From contig JAISIR010000003.1 in NCBI GenBank assembly GCA_031261985.1, positions 26,924 to 90,923 of the forward strand: a stretch of DNA of 64,000 nt, read 5' to 3'. Each line of letters begins with the position of its first letter. Position 1 is the stretch's first letter. The notes below the pieces were generated by a model. The model was given only the letters and a program-made list of their open reading frames with translations, was not told the origin of the DNA and ran no database searches. The stretch is from Clostridiales bacterium. GTDB lineage: Bacteria; Bacillota; Clostridia; Monoglobales; WRBX01. Positions 1 through 7,843 of the stretch are shown in pieces. The position numbers were made by a program, and so were the translations under genes.

Positions 1-183
1 ATTTGTCTTAAATGTAATCAACTTGTTTTATGTTTGATATCTAACTTTCAAACTTCTGAAATAATTCTGTTAAAAAACATGGTAGATATTACATACCATG
101 TAAAAAATAGGGTTTTTTTGAAATATTTCGTTAACATAACGCCTTTTTGTAACGCTTTTGTAACATTAATATTTAAAGACATG

Positions 184-696
184 TTATATATCCATCAATC
201 TTTTAATATCCATAACCACATATCCGCCCTCAGCGTTCTTCTCTTTTACAAATTCATCTACATTAGGAACCAATACCTCTTTACCATTATTTAGCTTAAC
301 AATAAATATTATGTGCGCAGGATTATCCATAAAATCTTGAATCTTGCCTATCTCTTCACCATGCTCATCACGCACCGCCTGCCCTATTACATCAACTAAA
401 AAAGGCCTGCCATCGCCATTGTCCGCGCTATCACGGTCGGCATACAAAATTTTTCCCTTTAATAATTCCGCCTGCTCTATTGAATCTATCCCCTTAAACT
501 TTAAGATAACTTTGTTCTTAAAATATCTCACTTGCTCTATCTCACGCTCTATTCCGTCAATGCAACAACGCGTCATATTCTCAAACGTTATAGAGTCACC
601 CCACGGAAGACACTTAACCTCGCCCTTTAGTGCATGCGTATTTATTATTTTACCCATTTGTATAGTATACTCGCTGTTCGCCATATTCCCCTCCAT
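184..696 (-). CDS. rimM: 16S rRNA processing protein RimM
   Basis: 170-aa ORF with N-terminal 'MGKIINTHALKGEVKC' RimM-type motif and a PRC-barrel-like C-terminal half. Size is typical. Confidence 0.85.
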   Translation of the reverse strand: MEGNMANSEYTIQMGKIINTHALKGEVKCLPWGDSITFENMTRCCIDGIEREIEQVRYFKNKVILKFKGIDSIEQAELLKGKILYADRDSADNGDGRPFLVDVIGQAVRDEHGEEIGKIQDFMDNPAHIIFIVKLNNGKEVLVPNVDEFVKEKNAEGGYVVMDIKRLMDI

Positions 697-733
697 ATTA
701 CCTAACTAACCCGCCTGCTTCGCAAAAAAACAC

Positions 734-1372
734 TCAAGTATTCCGCTCTTTGTAAAACTTATACCATTTATATACACCCCAAAATGCAAGCAATACAAAC
801 AAGAATACAATCGAGAACTTATTCTTCGCCCACATTTGCACAAAAAACGATCCGAACAATCCGCCTAAGCTAACGCTCTCTAAATTATCCTCATCAACCG
901 CCTCTGGCGCACTTGCCGCAGGCGTCGCATTAGGGTCGGCAGATGTCTGCACACCGCCCCCCGCCTCGGGCGAGCTAGGGTTTGCCGCCACGTTAGGGTT
1001 AACAGGCGCCGCCCCCGTCCCCTTAGCTGTTATAACACAATCCGCGGTGAAATTCTCGGTCACTGTAACACTTTTAGGCGCCGAAAACGCAACGGTAGGT
1101 CTAAAGTTCTCATCTGCTGGGTCAACAAAAATGTAATACGTCCCAGGCTCTAACCCACTAATCAACGCGCTATATTCCGCCGAAGGATATAACGCAACCG
1201 TCGCACTCTCGTTAGTTGCGCCATTAGTATAAGTTACAATAATCCCCTCGGTATAATCAACACACTCTGCATTAAACGATATATTCCCCGCGGCTGCCAT
1301 AACCAATTGTATAGGCGCAATAAACATTATCAACATGATTACAATTAAAGATATCAAGTATATTTTCTTCAT
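734..1372 (-). CDS. Exported protein with C-terminal membrane anchor, unknown function
   Basis: Start moved to the ATG at 1372 (MKKIYLISL...), preceded by AAAGGGTG. Has a signal-peptide-like N-terminus, an Ala/Pro-rich linker and a C-terminal hydrophobic helix. Confidence 0.5.
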   Translation of the reverse strand: MKKIYLISLIVIMLIMFIAPIQLVMAAAGNISFNAECVDYTEGIIVTYTNGATNESATVALYPSAEYSALISGLEPGTYYIFVDPADENFRPTVAFSAPKSVTVTENFTADCVITAKGTGAAPVNPNVAANPSSPEAGGGVQTSADPNATPAASAPEAVDEDNLESVSLGGLFGSFFVQMWAKNKFSIVFLFVLLAFWGVYKWYKFYKERNT

Positions 1373-1420
1373 AATAACACCCTTTGTGAATAAAGTGAAA
1401 CACATTTCTGAAACAAGTAG

Positions 1421-1876
1421 CTGTTACTTTTTTTACGCTGCCCGAATGAGTTTTTCGCCGCAAACCTGACTAGCATTTTTCCGTTGCGAGTCAAGGGCGA
1501 TGCGAAGCATCGTGCATTTTACCTTTGACTAAGCAGGGAACCCATAAAAGCCGATTTTGCTTTTATGGGAATAGCGAAGCAATGCGAAACACAAGCGACG
1601 TTTTTGTGCTTTTGGCAAAAACAAGCGAGTGAAGCCATTGCGACGCATGCTAAGGTTGATAGGCGAAAGGCTCATCGGGCAAGCGTAAAATACGCAGCTT
1701 GAATAGATTTAGAGCTTTAAAGGTTCTAATTATCTTACCGGCTATCAACGTGGCAAAGTGGCGAAACTAAGCGAAGGAATAAAGAGCGCTTTCCTCGTCC
1801 TGACTGAGCGGTTTTGCCAATTTGCCGCGTTGATAGCTTTAAAAAATGTAATAAGTTTTCAGAAAAACAAGCCCCA
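1421..1876. repeat. Composite nested-hairpin repeat, copy 1 (partner at 10729-11082)
   Basis: Aligns end to end by eye with 10729-11082. Long imperfect inverted repeats, e.g. GCTATCAACGTGGCAAA...TTTGCCGCGTTGATAGC. Carries an extra ~110-bp module at about 1536-1647. Confidence 0.85.
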
Positions 1877-1956
1877 AACCACACATCAGCCTACCCCACC
1901 GCACCCATGCTCCTAAAAATTTGCGAACACCACGCAATTTTGCATATTTAAGTTTC

Positions 1957-3120
1957 TCACTCGTCCTCTACATCTATCCCATACTCGTCAATAAAAACTC
2001 TAACATCATCTTCGTCTATCGTCATCATGTCCGCCTTGCTAATATGCGCCCTCGAGCCCACACGCTCAGCCTGATGCTGAGCTAACTCTTCAAATATATT
2101 ACGCGCCAACCTACCATTAGCAAAATTCTTATCACGGTTGTCGATTAATGTCTGAAAAGCCTCTTCTAATAAATCCTTAGCCCCGTCTGTCAACGAATAA
2201 TCACGCTTCTTAGCATCTAACGTTAAAATCTTAACTAACTCAGCCGCTGTGTAATCGTCGAACTTAATATGCTTTGTAAACCTACTCTCTAGCCCTGGGT
2301 TGCTGGATATAAACTCGTGCATTAAATCGTCATACCCCGCAACAATTACAACTAAGTCTTCTTTATAATCCTCCATAATTTTAAGCAAAGTATCCACCGC
2401 TTCTTGCCCATAACTGTCCTTGCCTGCTGTTAAGGTATACGCCTCGTCGATAAACAATACACCGCCTAACGCACTCTCGGCTACCTCACGTGTCTTCATG
2501 GCTGTCTGCCCCTGATATTGCGCTATCAACGACGAACGGTCACACTCTATAAACACACCTGTAGATATAATCCCATTAGCCGCCAGCTCCTGCGCTAAAT
2601 ATCGCGCCACAACAGTTTTACCTGTTCCAGGATTGCCATAAAATACTAGGTTAAGGTTTAAATCACTTGCCGCCAAGCCCTTTTTCTTACGCTCACGCTG
2701 AACTTTATAATAGCCTATAATTTTCTCTAACTCACGCTTTACATTGGCAAGCCCTATCATCTCGTCTATATTTATCGCCGCAAACTTATCTACACGCGCC
2801 TTTTTAAGCCCCTTGCTGCGCCCAATCTCGCCCTTGTACTTTTTACTAAAGAAGAACATAAGCAACAGCCCTGCCACCAAGCAGATAAAGATGAATATGT
2901 ACAATGCGCTAACAAACACTTCTTTTTTAAACACAAACCCATGCTTAAGCGAGAATAGCACCGAAATAACTTGAGTAAAATTACTAACCCCCTGCAATAA
3001 GCTTAACCCTTTAAACGGGTAAAAGTTTAAAATAGTGGCTAATCGCATAGAAAAAACCGCCGCAATTATTATGCCAATAATGCTAAATGTTGTGTACCTG
3101 TTAGTGTTGTTTACCTTCAT
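1957..3120 (-). CDS. Membrane-anchored AAA+ ATPase, SpoVK/CbxX-like
   Basis: Walker A 'GNPGTGKTVVAR', Walker B 'LFIDEAY' and the CbxX/SpoVK-type 'VIVAGY' segment. The N-terminal ~95 aa is hydrophobic (2-3 TM helices). Confidence 0.7.
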   Translation of the reverse strand: MKVNNTNRYTTFSIIGIIIAAVFSMRLATILNFYPFKGLSLLQGVSNFTQVISVLFSLKHGFVFKKEVFVSALYIFIFICLVAGLLLMFFFSKKYKGEIGRSKGLKKARVDKFAAINIDEMIGLANVKRELEKIIGYYKVQRERKKKGLAASDLNLNLVFYGNPGTGKTVVARYLAQELAANGIISTGVFIECDRSSLIAQYQGQTAMKTREVAESALGGVLFIDEAYTLTAGKDSYGQEAVDTLLKIMEDYKEDLVVIVAGYDDLMHEFISSNPGLESRFTKHIKFDDYTAAELVKILTLDAKKRDYSLTDGAKDLLEEAFQTLIDNRDKNFANGRLARNIFEELAQHQAERVGSRAHISKADMMTIDEDDVRVFIDEYGIDVEDE

Positions 3121-3325
3121 ATTAAAATCACCACTTATTTTTTATATAAACTGCCATAATCATTATACCATACAATTCAACTAAAATAAAGAGATATTTT
3201 AAAATTTTACACAATTGTAAAAAATTTGTAATATTTTGCGACGAAAAAAACTTGCAAATAATAAACATCTGTGGTATATTTATCTATATGGAAGAATATG
3301 GAAATTTCCAAAGGAGGCTTCTCTC

Positions 3326-3676
3326 ATGCTGACCATTCTACGTCAAGACGACTCTATTATCGCGCAAATTTCAGGCGATTTAGACCATCATAATGCAATA
3401 GAAATTCGCTCTAAAATTGATGACCTATTAATTAAATACCCTAATTGCGATTTAATTTTAAATCTATCGGGCTTAAATTTTATGGATAGCTCGGGCATAG
3501 GCGTTATTATCGGTCGATACAGAAACCAGCAACAGCGCGGCAAAAAAACCTATATCTGCGGTGTTAATTCTAAGATATCTAAATTAATCGAACTCTCGGG
3601 CATTAAAAAGATAGTACCAATTATAGATAATCCCTCGGCAATTTCTACACTAAATAAAGGAGGCGAAGCGGTATGA
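3326..3676 (+). CDS. spoIIAA: Anti-sigma-F factor antagonist SpoIIAA (STAS domain)
   Basis: Start moved to the ATG at 3326, downstream of AAGGAGG (3311-3317). STAS motif 'LNFMDSSGIGVIIGR'. Immediately precedes spoIIAB and sigF. Confidence 0.85.
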   Translation: MLTILRQDDSIIAQISGDLDHHNAIEIRSKIDDLLIKYPNCDLILNLSGLNFMDSSGIGVIIGRYRNQQQRGKKTYICGVNSKISKLIELSGIKKIVPIIDNPSAISTLNKGGEAV

Positions 3677-4125
3677 GCAATAAAATACATAGCATCTTAA
3701 ACGAGGTTAAATTAGATTTTTTAGGGATCTCGCAAAACGAATCATTTGCGCGAGGCGTTGTGGCTAATTTTGTGTCACAGTGCGACGTTACCATCGAGCA
3801 GCTAAGCGATATAAAAACCGCGGTTTCGGAGGCTGTAACTAACGCAATCGTTCATGGCTATAAAGGTACAACTGGCATGGTAACTCTGGCTTGCAGGCTA
3901 TATTCTAGCAACGACAGATTCACCAAAACACTAGAGATTGCAATATCCGATAACGGCATAGGCATTAGCAATGTAGAAAAAGCGCGCGAGCCACTATTTA
4001 CTACCCAGCCCGAAATGGAACGCTCTGGCATGGGCTTTACTGTGATGGAAACCTTTATGGACGATGTAACCGTGCGCTCAGCACCCAAATGCGGCTGCAT
4101 TGTTACTATGAGAAAAACTTTATAA
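3673..4125 (+). CDS. spoIIAB: Anti-sigma-F factor SpoIIAB (serine kinase)
   Basis: HATPase N-box 'EAVTNAIVHG' and G-boxes 'DNGIGI' and 'GMGFTVM'. ATGA overlap with spoIIAA. Confidence 0.9.
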   Translation: MSNKIHSILNEVKLDFLGISQNESFARGVVANFVSQCDVTIEQLSDIKTAVSEAVTNAIVHGYKGTTGMVTLACRLYSSNDRFTKTLEIAISDNGIGISNVEKAREPLFTTQPEMERSGMGFTVMETFMDDVTVRSAPKCGCIVTMRKTL

Positions 4126-4216
4126 AGCATAATTCCTGTAATTTAAAATTATCAATTATGAATTATGATTGCCCCAAAGGAGTTGACACGCTATTTCTGT
4201 TGAAAACACTTACGAA

Positions 4217-4903
4217 ATGATAGAAAACGCTAAAAATGGCGATAGTGATGCGCGTCAATTTTTAGTAGAAAATAATATCGGCTTAATCTGGAATATCGCC
4301 AAAAAATTCTACGGTCGTGGCGTCGAGCCCGACGATTTATTCCAAATAGGCTCTATTGGTCTGCTTAAAAGTATCGATAAGTTCGACCCTAGCTTTGGCG
4401 TTAAATTCTCTACCTATGCCGTGCCAATGATACTTGGCGAAATCAAGCGTTTCTTGCGTGACGACGGTGCTGTAAAAGTAAGCCGCTCGCTTAAAGAACT
4501 AAATGGCAAAGTGCTTTTTGTGCGCGAAAGTTTAACAAAAGAACTAGGCCGCGAACCAACCATCCGCGAGATTGCCGAACATCTAGGAGTCGAGGTCGAA
4601 GACATTGTCCAAGCAGCAGACGCCATGCAAACCCCTACTTCACTATACGCAGGCGAGGGCGAGGATAGCCCCGTTGTAATAGACGGGCTTGCATCTAAGC
4701 AAAATGTCGAAGACGAGGTAGCGCATAAAGTTATGATACAAAACGCCCTCTCTAAATTTAAATCGCGCGAACGCCAAATAATTATAATGCGATATTTTGA
4801 AGAAAAATCTCAAACGCAAATAGCTAAAATGTTGGGTATCTCGCAGGTTCAAGTCTCTAGAATAGAAAAAAAAGTCCTGCTCGAAATGCGAAAATACATG
4901 TAA
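4217..4903 (+). CDS. sigF: Sporulation sigma factor SigF
   Basis: Close match to SigF regions 2-4: 'PDDLFQIGSIGLLKSIDKFD', 'FSTYAVPMILGEIKRFLRDDGAVKVSRSLKEL', 'ISQVQVSRIEKK'. The N-terminus is short and the start codon is uncertain. Confidence 0.9.
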   Translation: MIENAKNGDSDARQFLVENNIGLIWNIAKKFYGRGVEPDDLFQIGSIGLLKSIDKFDPSFGVKFSTYAVPMILGEIKRFLRDDGAVKVSRSLKELNGKVLFVRESLTKELGREPTIREIAEHLGVEVEDIVQAADAMQTPTSLYAGEGEDSPVVIDGLASKQNVEDEVAHKVMIQNALSKFKSRERQIIIMRYFEEKSQTQIAKMLGISQVQVSRIEKKVLLEMRKYM

Positions 4904-4989
4904 TCTACAATTCTCTCTGTTTTTACACGCATTATAAATCTTCCCCTACTTTTTTACAACCATTTTCTACTATGTGTTATTCAAACAAA

Positions 4990-5066
4990 CAAATTGCCAG
5001 CTTGTCGACAATTTGCACATAATAACTTTAGAAGCTTCAGTGGATTCATTCCACTGAAGCGTTTTT
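4990..5066 (+). repeat. Two-hairpin dispersed repeat (family H1)
   Basis: CAAATTGCCAGCTTGTCGACAATTTG hairpin followed by CTTTAGAAG plus the CTTCAGTGGA/TCCACTGAAG hairpin. Same architecture at 5133-5208, 22441-22518 (inverted), 47386-47464 and 48376-48406. Confidence 0.85.
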
Positions 5067-5132
5067 ATTTAATAAAAATATTATCCCTTGACATTTGCTG
5101 CAAAAATGTGATATAATGTAGTTATAAACATA

Positions 5133-5208
5133 CAAATTGCCAGGCAAGTCGGCAATTTGAACACAATACCTTTAGAAGTGTAGGCGGATTCATTCCGCCG
5201 GAACGTTT
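5133..5208 (+). repeat. Two-hairpin dispersed repeat (family H1)
   Basis: CAAATTGCCAGGCAAGTCGGCAATTTG followed by CCTTTAGAAG plus a GGCGGA/TCCGCC hairpin. Confidence 0.85.
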
Positions 5209-5250
5209 ATAATATAATATAATATTTTATCTGTTAGTTGGGGGATTTTT

Positions 5251-5409
5251 ATGCACGTCAAAAAAAGCATAGGTATATCGCTAGACACCGATGTTATAAC
5301 AAACATTAAAAAGCTTGCAAAAAAAGATTCGCGTCCACTCTCTCAATACATAAACCTTGTCTTGCGTAAACATTTAGAAGAGTATGCCGACGAGCTAGAT
5401 AATATCTAG
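5251..5409 (+). CDS. Small ribbon-helix-helix (CopG/Arc-like) protein, 52 aa, not in the ORF track
   Basis: ATG at 5251 after GGGGG. Encodes MHVKKSIGISLDTDVITNIKKLAKKDSRPLSQYINLVLRKHLEEYADELDNI, a beta-strand/helix/helix pattern typical of RHH DNA binders. Confidence 0.5.
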   Translation: MHVKKSIGISLDTDVITNIKKLAKKDSRPLSQYINLVLRKHLEEYADELDNI

Positions 5410-5428
5410 CCCTATCCTTTTAATTCCT

Positions 5429-6562
5429 TTGATTACTAATCCCACCCCAACGGATTCCGTTCTCACCAATACTCCCCCGCCAAAGCTAGGCCTCTATATC
5501 CATATCCCCTTTTGCCTTCGCAAATGCCATTATTGCGACTTTTTTTCGTTGTCATCATCTCCTGAATCGCGCACCAATTATATCAATTATCTTGTTAACA
5601 ATATAACAAGCTTCCCAAGCTCTCCCGCAGCACCTCACTGTAACAACGCCCTGGTAGATACTATCTTTTTTGGCGGCGGCACTCCTTCTGTTCTTTCGCC
5701 CAATCAGCTTAATTCTATCCTAACCGCCCTTCATTCCACCTTTACTATCAGCCCCTCAGCCGAAATCTCTATCGAGGTCAACCCTAAAACACACGCCGAC
5801 TATTCCGCCCTAAAATCTATCGGCTTCAACCGCCTTAGCCTTGGGCTACAGTCAGATAATAACGCCATCCTTAAACATTTAGGCCGTCTTCATACAGCCG
5901 AAGATTTTTTTGCAGAATACAATATAGCACAGCGTTATTTTGATAATATAAACATAGACCTTATGTTCGGTCTGCCACATCAAACGCTCGAATCTTGGCA
6001 ATCTACACTCAAAAATATAATCAACCTTAACCCTGCCCACATCTCGACATATTCACTTATTATCGAGCCCGGCACGCCCTTTTATAACCAAACCTTAACC
6101 CTTCCGCCCGAGGATATAGAGCGTAACATGTACTACACCGCCAGCCAAACACTTGCGCAAGCTGGGCTTAATAGGTACGAAATCTCTAACTTTTCGCACA
6201 TAAATAAAGAATGCAAACACAATTTAAAGTATTGGACGCGCCAAGATTATTTAGGCTTTGGCTCGAACGCCCATAGCATGGTAAACAATGTTAGGTACCA
6301 AAATTCATCTGAGCTTGAATATAAAACAAGTATAGAAGAAGTTGTTACCCCTAGCGAGCGTGTTAAAGAACAGATAATGCTAGGCCTGCGCTTGTCTTGC
6401 GGCGTATTAATAACACCTAAAATTCAAGGAAAATATGGTGACGCTCTGCGCAGGCAAGAACTCCTTGGCAACTTAAAAATTACTAACTCCCACGCCATTT
6501 TAACCCCCCGCGGCATAGATATTAGTAATGTTGTAATTTCAGAAATCTTGAACTTCGACTAA
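5429..6562 (+). CDS. hemW: Radical SAM heme chaperone HemW (HemN-like, oxygen-independent coproporphyrinogen oxidase family)
   Basis: 'LYIHIPFCLRKCHYCDF' CxxxCxxC radical-SAM motif, 'FFGGGTPS', and a HemN C-terminal domain. TTG start with a weak RBS. Confidence 0.8.
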   Translation: MITNPTPTDSVLTNTPPPKLGLYIHIPFCLRKCHYCDFFSLSSSPESRTNYINYLVNNITSFPSSPAAPHCNNALVDTIFFGGGTPSVLSPNQLNSILTALHSTFTISPSAEISIEVNPKTHADYSALKSIGFNRLSLGLQSDNNAILKHLGRLHTAEDFFAEYNIAQRYFDNINIDLMFGLPHQTLESWQSTLKNIINLNPAHISTYSLIIEPGTPFYNQTLTLPPEDIERNMYYTASQTLAQAGLNRYEISNFSHINKECKHNLKYWTRQDYLGFGSNAHSMVNNVRYQNSSELEYKTSIEEVVTPSERVKEQIMLGLRLSCGVLITPKIQGKYGDALRRQELLGNLKITNSHAILTPRGIDISNVVISEILNFD

Positions 6563-6610
6563 TGCGCAACCACCTTTCCCCACTATTTTAAAATTTTCGT
6601 CAAAAACCTA

Positions 6611-6639
6611 TTGACATTTAACATTTTTTGTAGTATAAT
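6611..6639 (+). promoter_or_regulatory. Sigma-A type promoter of tRNA-Lys
   Basis: TTGACA (6611-6616), 17-nt spacer, TATAAT (6634-6639). Nearly identical to the promoter at 42141-42169. Confidence 0.7.
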
Positions 6640-6687
6640 AGTCTAGTGAGATTTTTTTCTTGACGTTTTCTCACTTGTTAAAACTTT

Positions 6688-6763
6688 GGTCCATTAGCTC
6701 AGTTGGTAGAGCACTTGACTTTTAATCAAGGTGTCCCGCGTTCGAATCGCGGATGGATCACCA
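6688..6763 (+). tRNA. tRNA-Lys (anticodon UUU)
   Basis: Cloverleaf readable by eye: acceptor GGTCCAT/ATGGATC, anticodon loop CTTTTAA, T-arm GCGTTCGAATCGC, encoded CCA. Confidence 0.9.
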
Positions 6764-6908
6764 AAACTTTGCCTGCGGCAAAGAGATAAAAGATAAGAAT
6801 GAAAAGTTAAAAGTTGTTGAGGAAGTTTTGCTATCGCAAAACAATTAAAGGCAAAGTTTTGTACTTTTATCCTTTCACTTTTCATTTTTCTCTTTTCACT
6901 AAATCCTT
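6764..6908 (+). repeat. Structured tRNA trailer repeat (partner at 42262-42421)
   Basis: Begins right after CCA: AAAACTTTGCCTGCGGCAAAGAGATAAAAGATAAGAATGAAAAGT...GGCAAAGTTTTGTACTTTT. Near-identical to the trailer of tRNA(CAU). Confidence 0.85.
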
Positions 6909-6934
6909 TCCTTGCTACTTCGCAAGGATTTTTT
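6909..6934 (+). terminator. Intrinsic terminator of the tRNA-Lys unit
   Basis: TCCTTGC / GCAAGGA stem followed by TTTTTT. Confidence 0.7.
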
Positions 6935-7049
6935 AATTCCCCAAAACTTTACACAAATTTAACATAAATCCCCTTGACTTTTGTTGTGATTCGTGATATA
7001 TTTCAGTTATTCCATAACGATTATATAATAAAACTAAGGGGGATATATT

Positions 7050-7751
7050 ATGGAAAAAATATTTCAATGGCCAGATTACGATAAGTTTATTGATAATGTT
7101 TACAATGGTGAAAGTCCATTAAAAAATGCAATTAATGACTCCACATCTGCTTTTGATATGTCGTTAATGATTTGCATAAGAGCAAAATATTACGAACAAC
7201 AAAAACAGGACAGTAAAAACAATCCTGTTTATTCTAACGATATTAAGCAACGAATAGAACAAGATTTAAACACTAGTTTTTTAAATGAACTAAAAAGCCT
7301 ATCCGATAAACAATGGGAGAGTATTCTTTATTTAGCCTCGCGCAAAGTGAATGTGAATTCTTATTACGTTTATAATCGAGGTCAAAATATCGTTGATAAT
7401 AGAGCCGAGTCAATACCATCAAAAATCGCATGTGCGCTATTTGACCCTTCTTCTAATTACGGTTTTTATAATAAAACCGTTGATCTTTTATCTGTGGTTC
7501 CAACTAATTTGTTAGAAAAATATAAGCCGATTTTCTCTGAGTCAGCCGGCGACCAAAATAACTCGTACGTTCGTCCAACCAGCGACTATATCGGAATGTA
7601 CGGGGAGCCAGTTTCGATGATTACACATGAAATAACGCTTTTACATAATTTGCAACATCAATGCGCTGAGAATTTCACAAACGAGCTTAAATTAAGAAAC
7701 GGCAAAAACACAAGACAATTACTAAACACCCCTGCTCCGTTTAGTAAATAA
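7050..7751 (+). CDS. Hypothetical protein (233 aa)
   Basis: Clean ORF with GGGGGA RBS and its own TTGACT-17-TATATT promoter (6974-7001). No recognisable motif. Confidence 0.5.
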   Translation: MEKIFQWPDYDKFIDNVYNGESPLKNAINDSTSAFDMSLMICIRAKYYEQQKQDSKNNPVYSNDIKQRIEQDLNTSFLNELKSLSDKQWESILYLASRKVNVNSYYVYNRGQNIVDNRAESIPSKIACALFDPSSNYGFYNKTVDLLSVVPTNLLEKYKPIFSESAGDQNNSYVRPTSDYIGMYGEPVSMITHEITLLHNLQHQCAENFTNELKLRNGKNTRQLLNTPAPFSK

Positions 7752-7783
7752 TCCGTTAAGTACTAAATAAATTTTAGTATTAA

Positions 7784-7828
7784 AAAGACGAGGTGTTTCT
7801 AAAAACATTGCTCGTCTTTTATTTTTTC
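7784..7828. terminator. Bidirectional intrinsic terminator
   Basis: AGACGAG / CTCGTCT stem flanked by an A-run and a T-run, between convergent genes. Confidence 0.7.
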
Positions 7829-7843
7829 CTTTTTTCCTAATTG

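Noticed and set aside
344-709. 121-aa plus-strand ORF over rimM
   Set aside because: It is antisense to a confidently identified rimM and has no RBS.
4175-4217. Alternative upstream start for sigF (AAAGGAG at 4175-4181 followed by an in-frame ATT at 4193)
   Set aside because: The annotated ATG (4217) is the first canonical start after the in-frame TGA at 4184. A non-canonical ATT start cannot be supported from sequence alone. It is noted only as uncertainty about the N-terminus.
6694-6885. 63-aa minus-strand ORF
   Set aside because: It overlaps tRNA-Lys and its structured trailer on the opposite strand.
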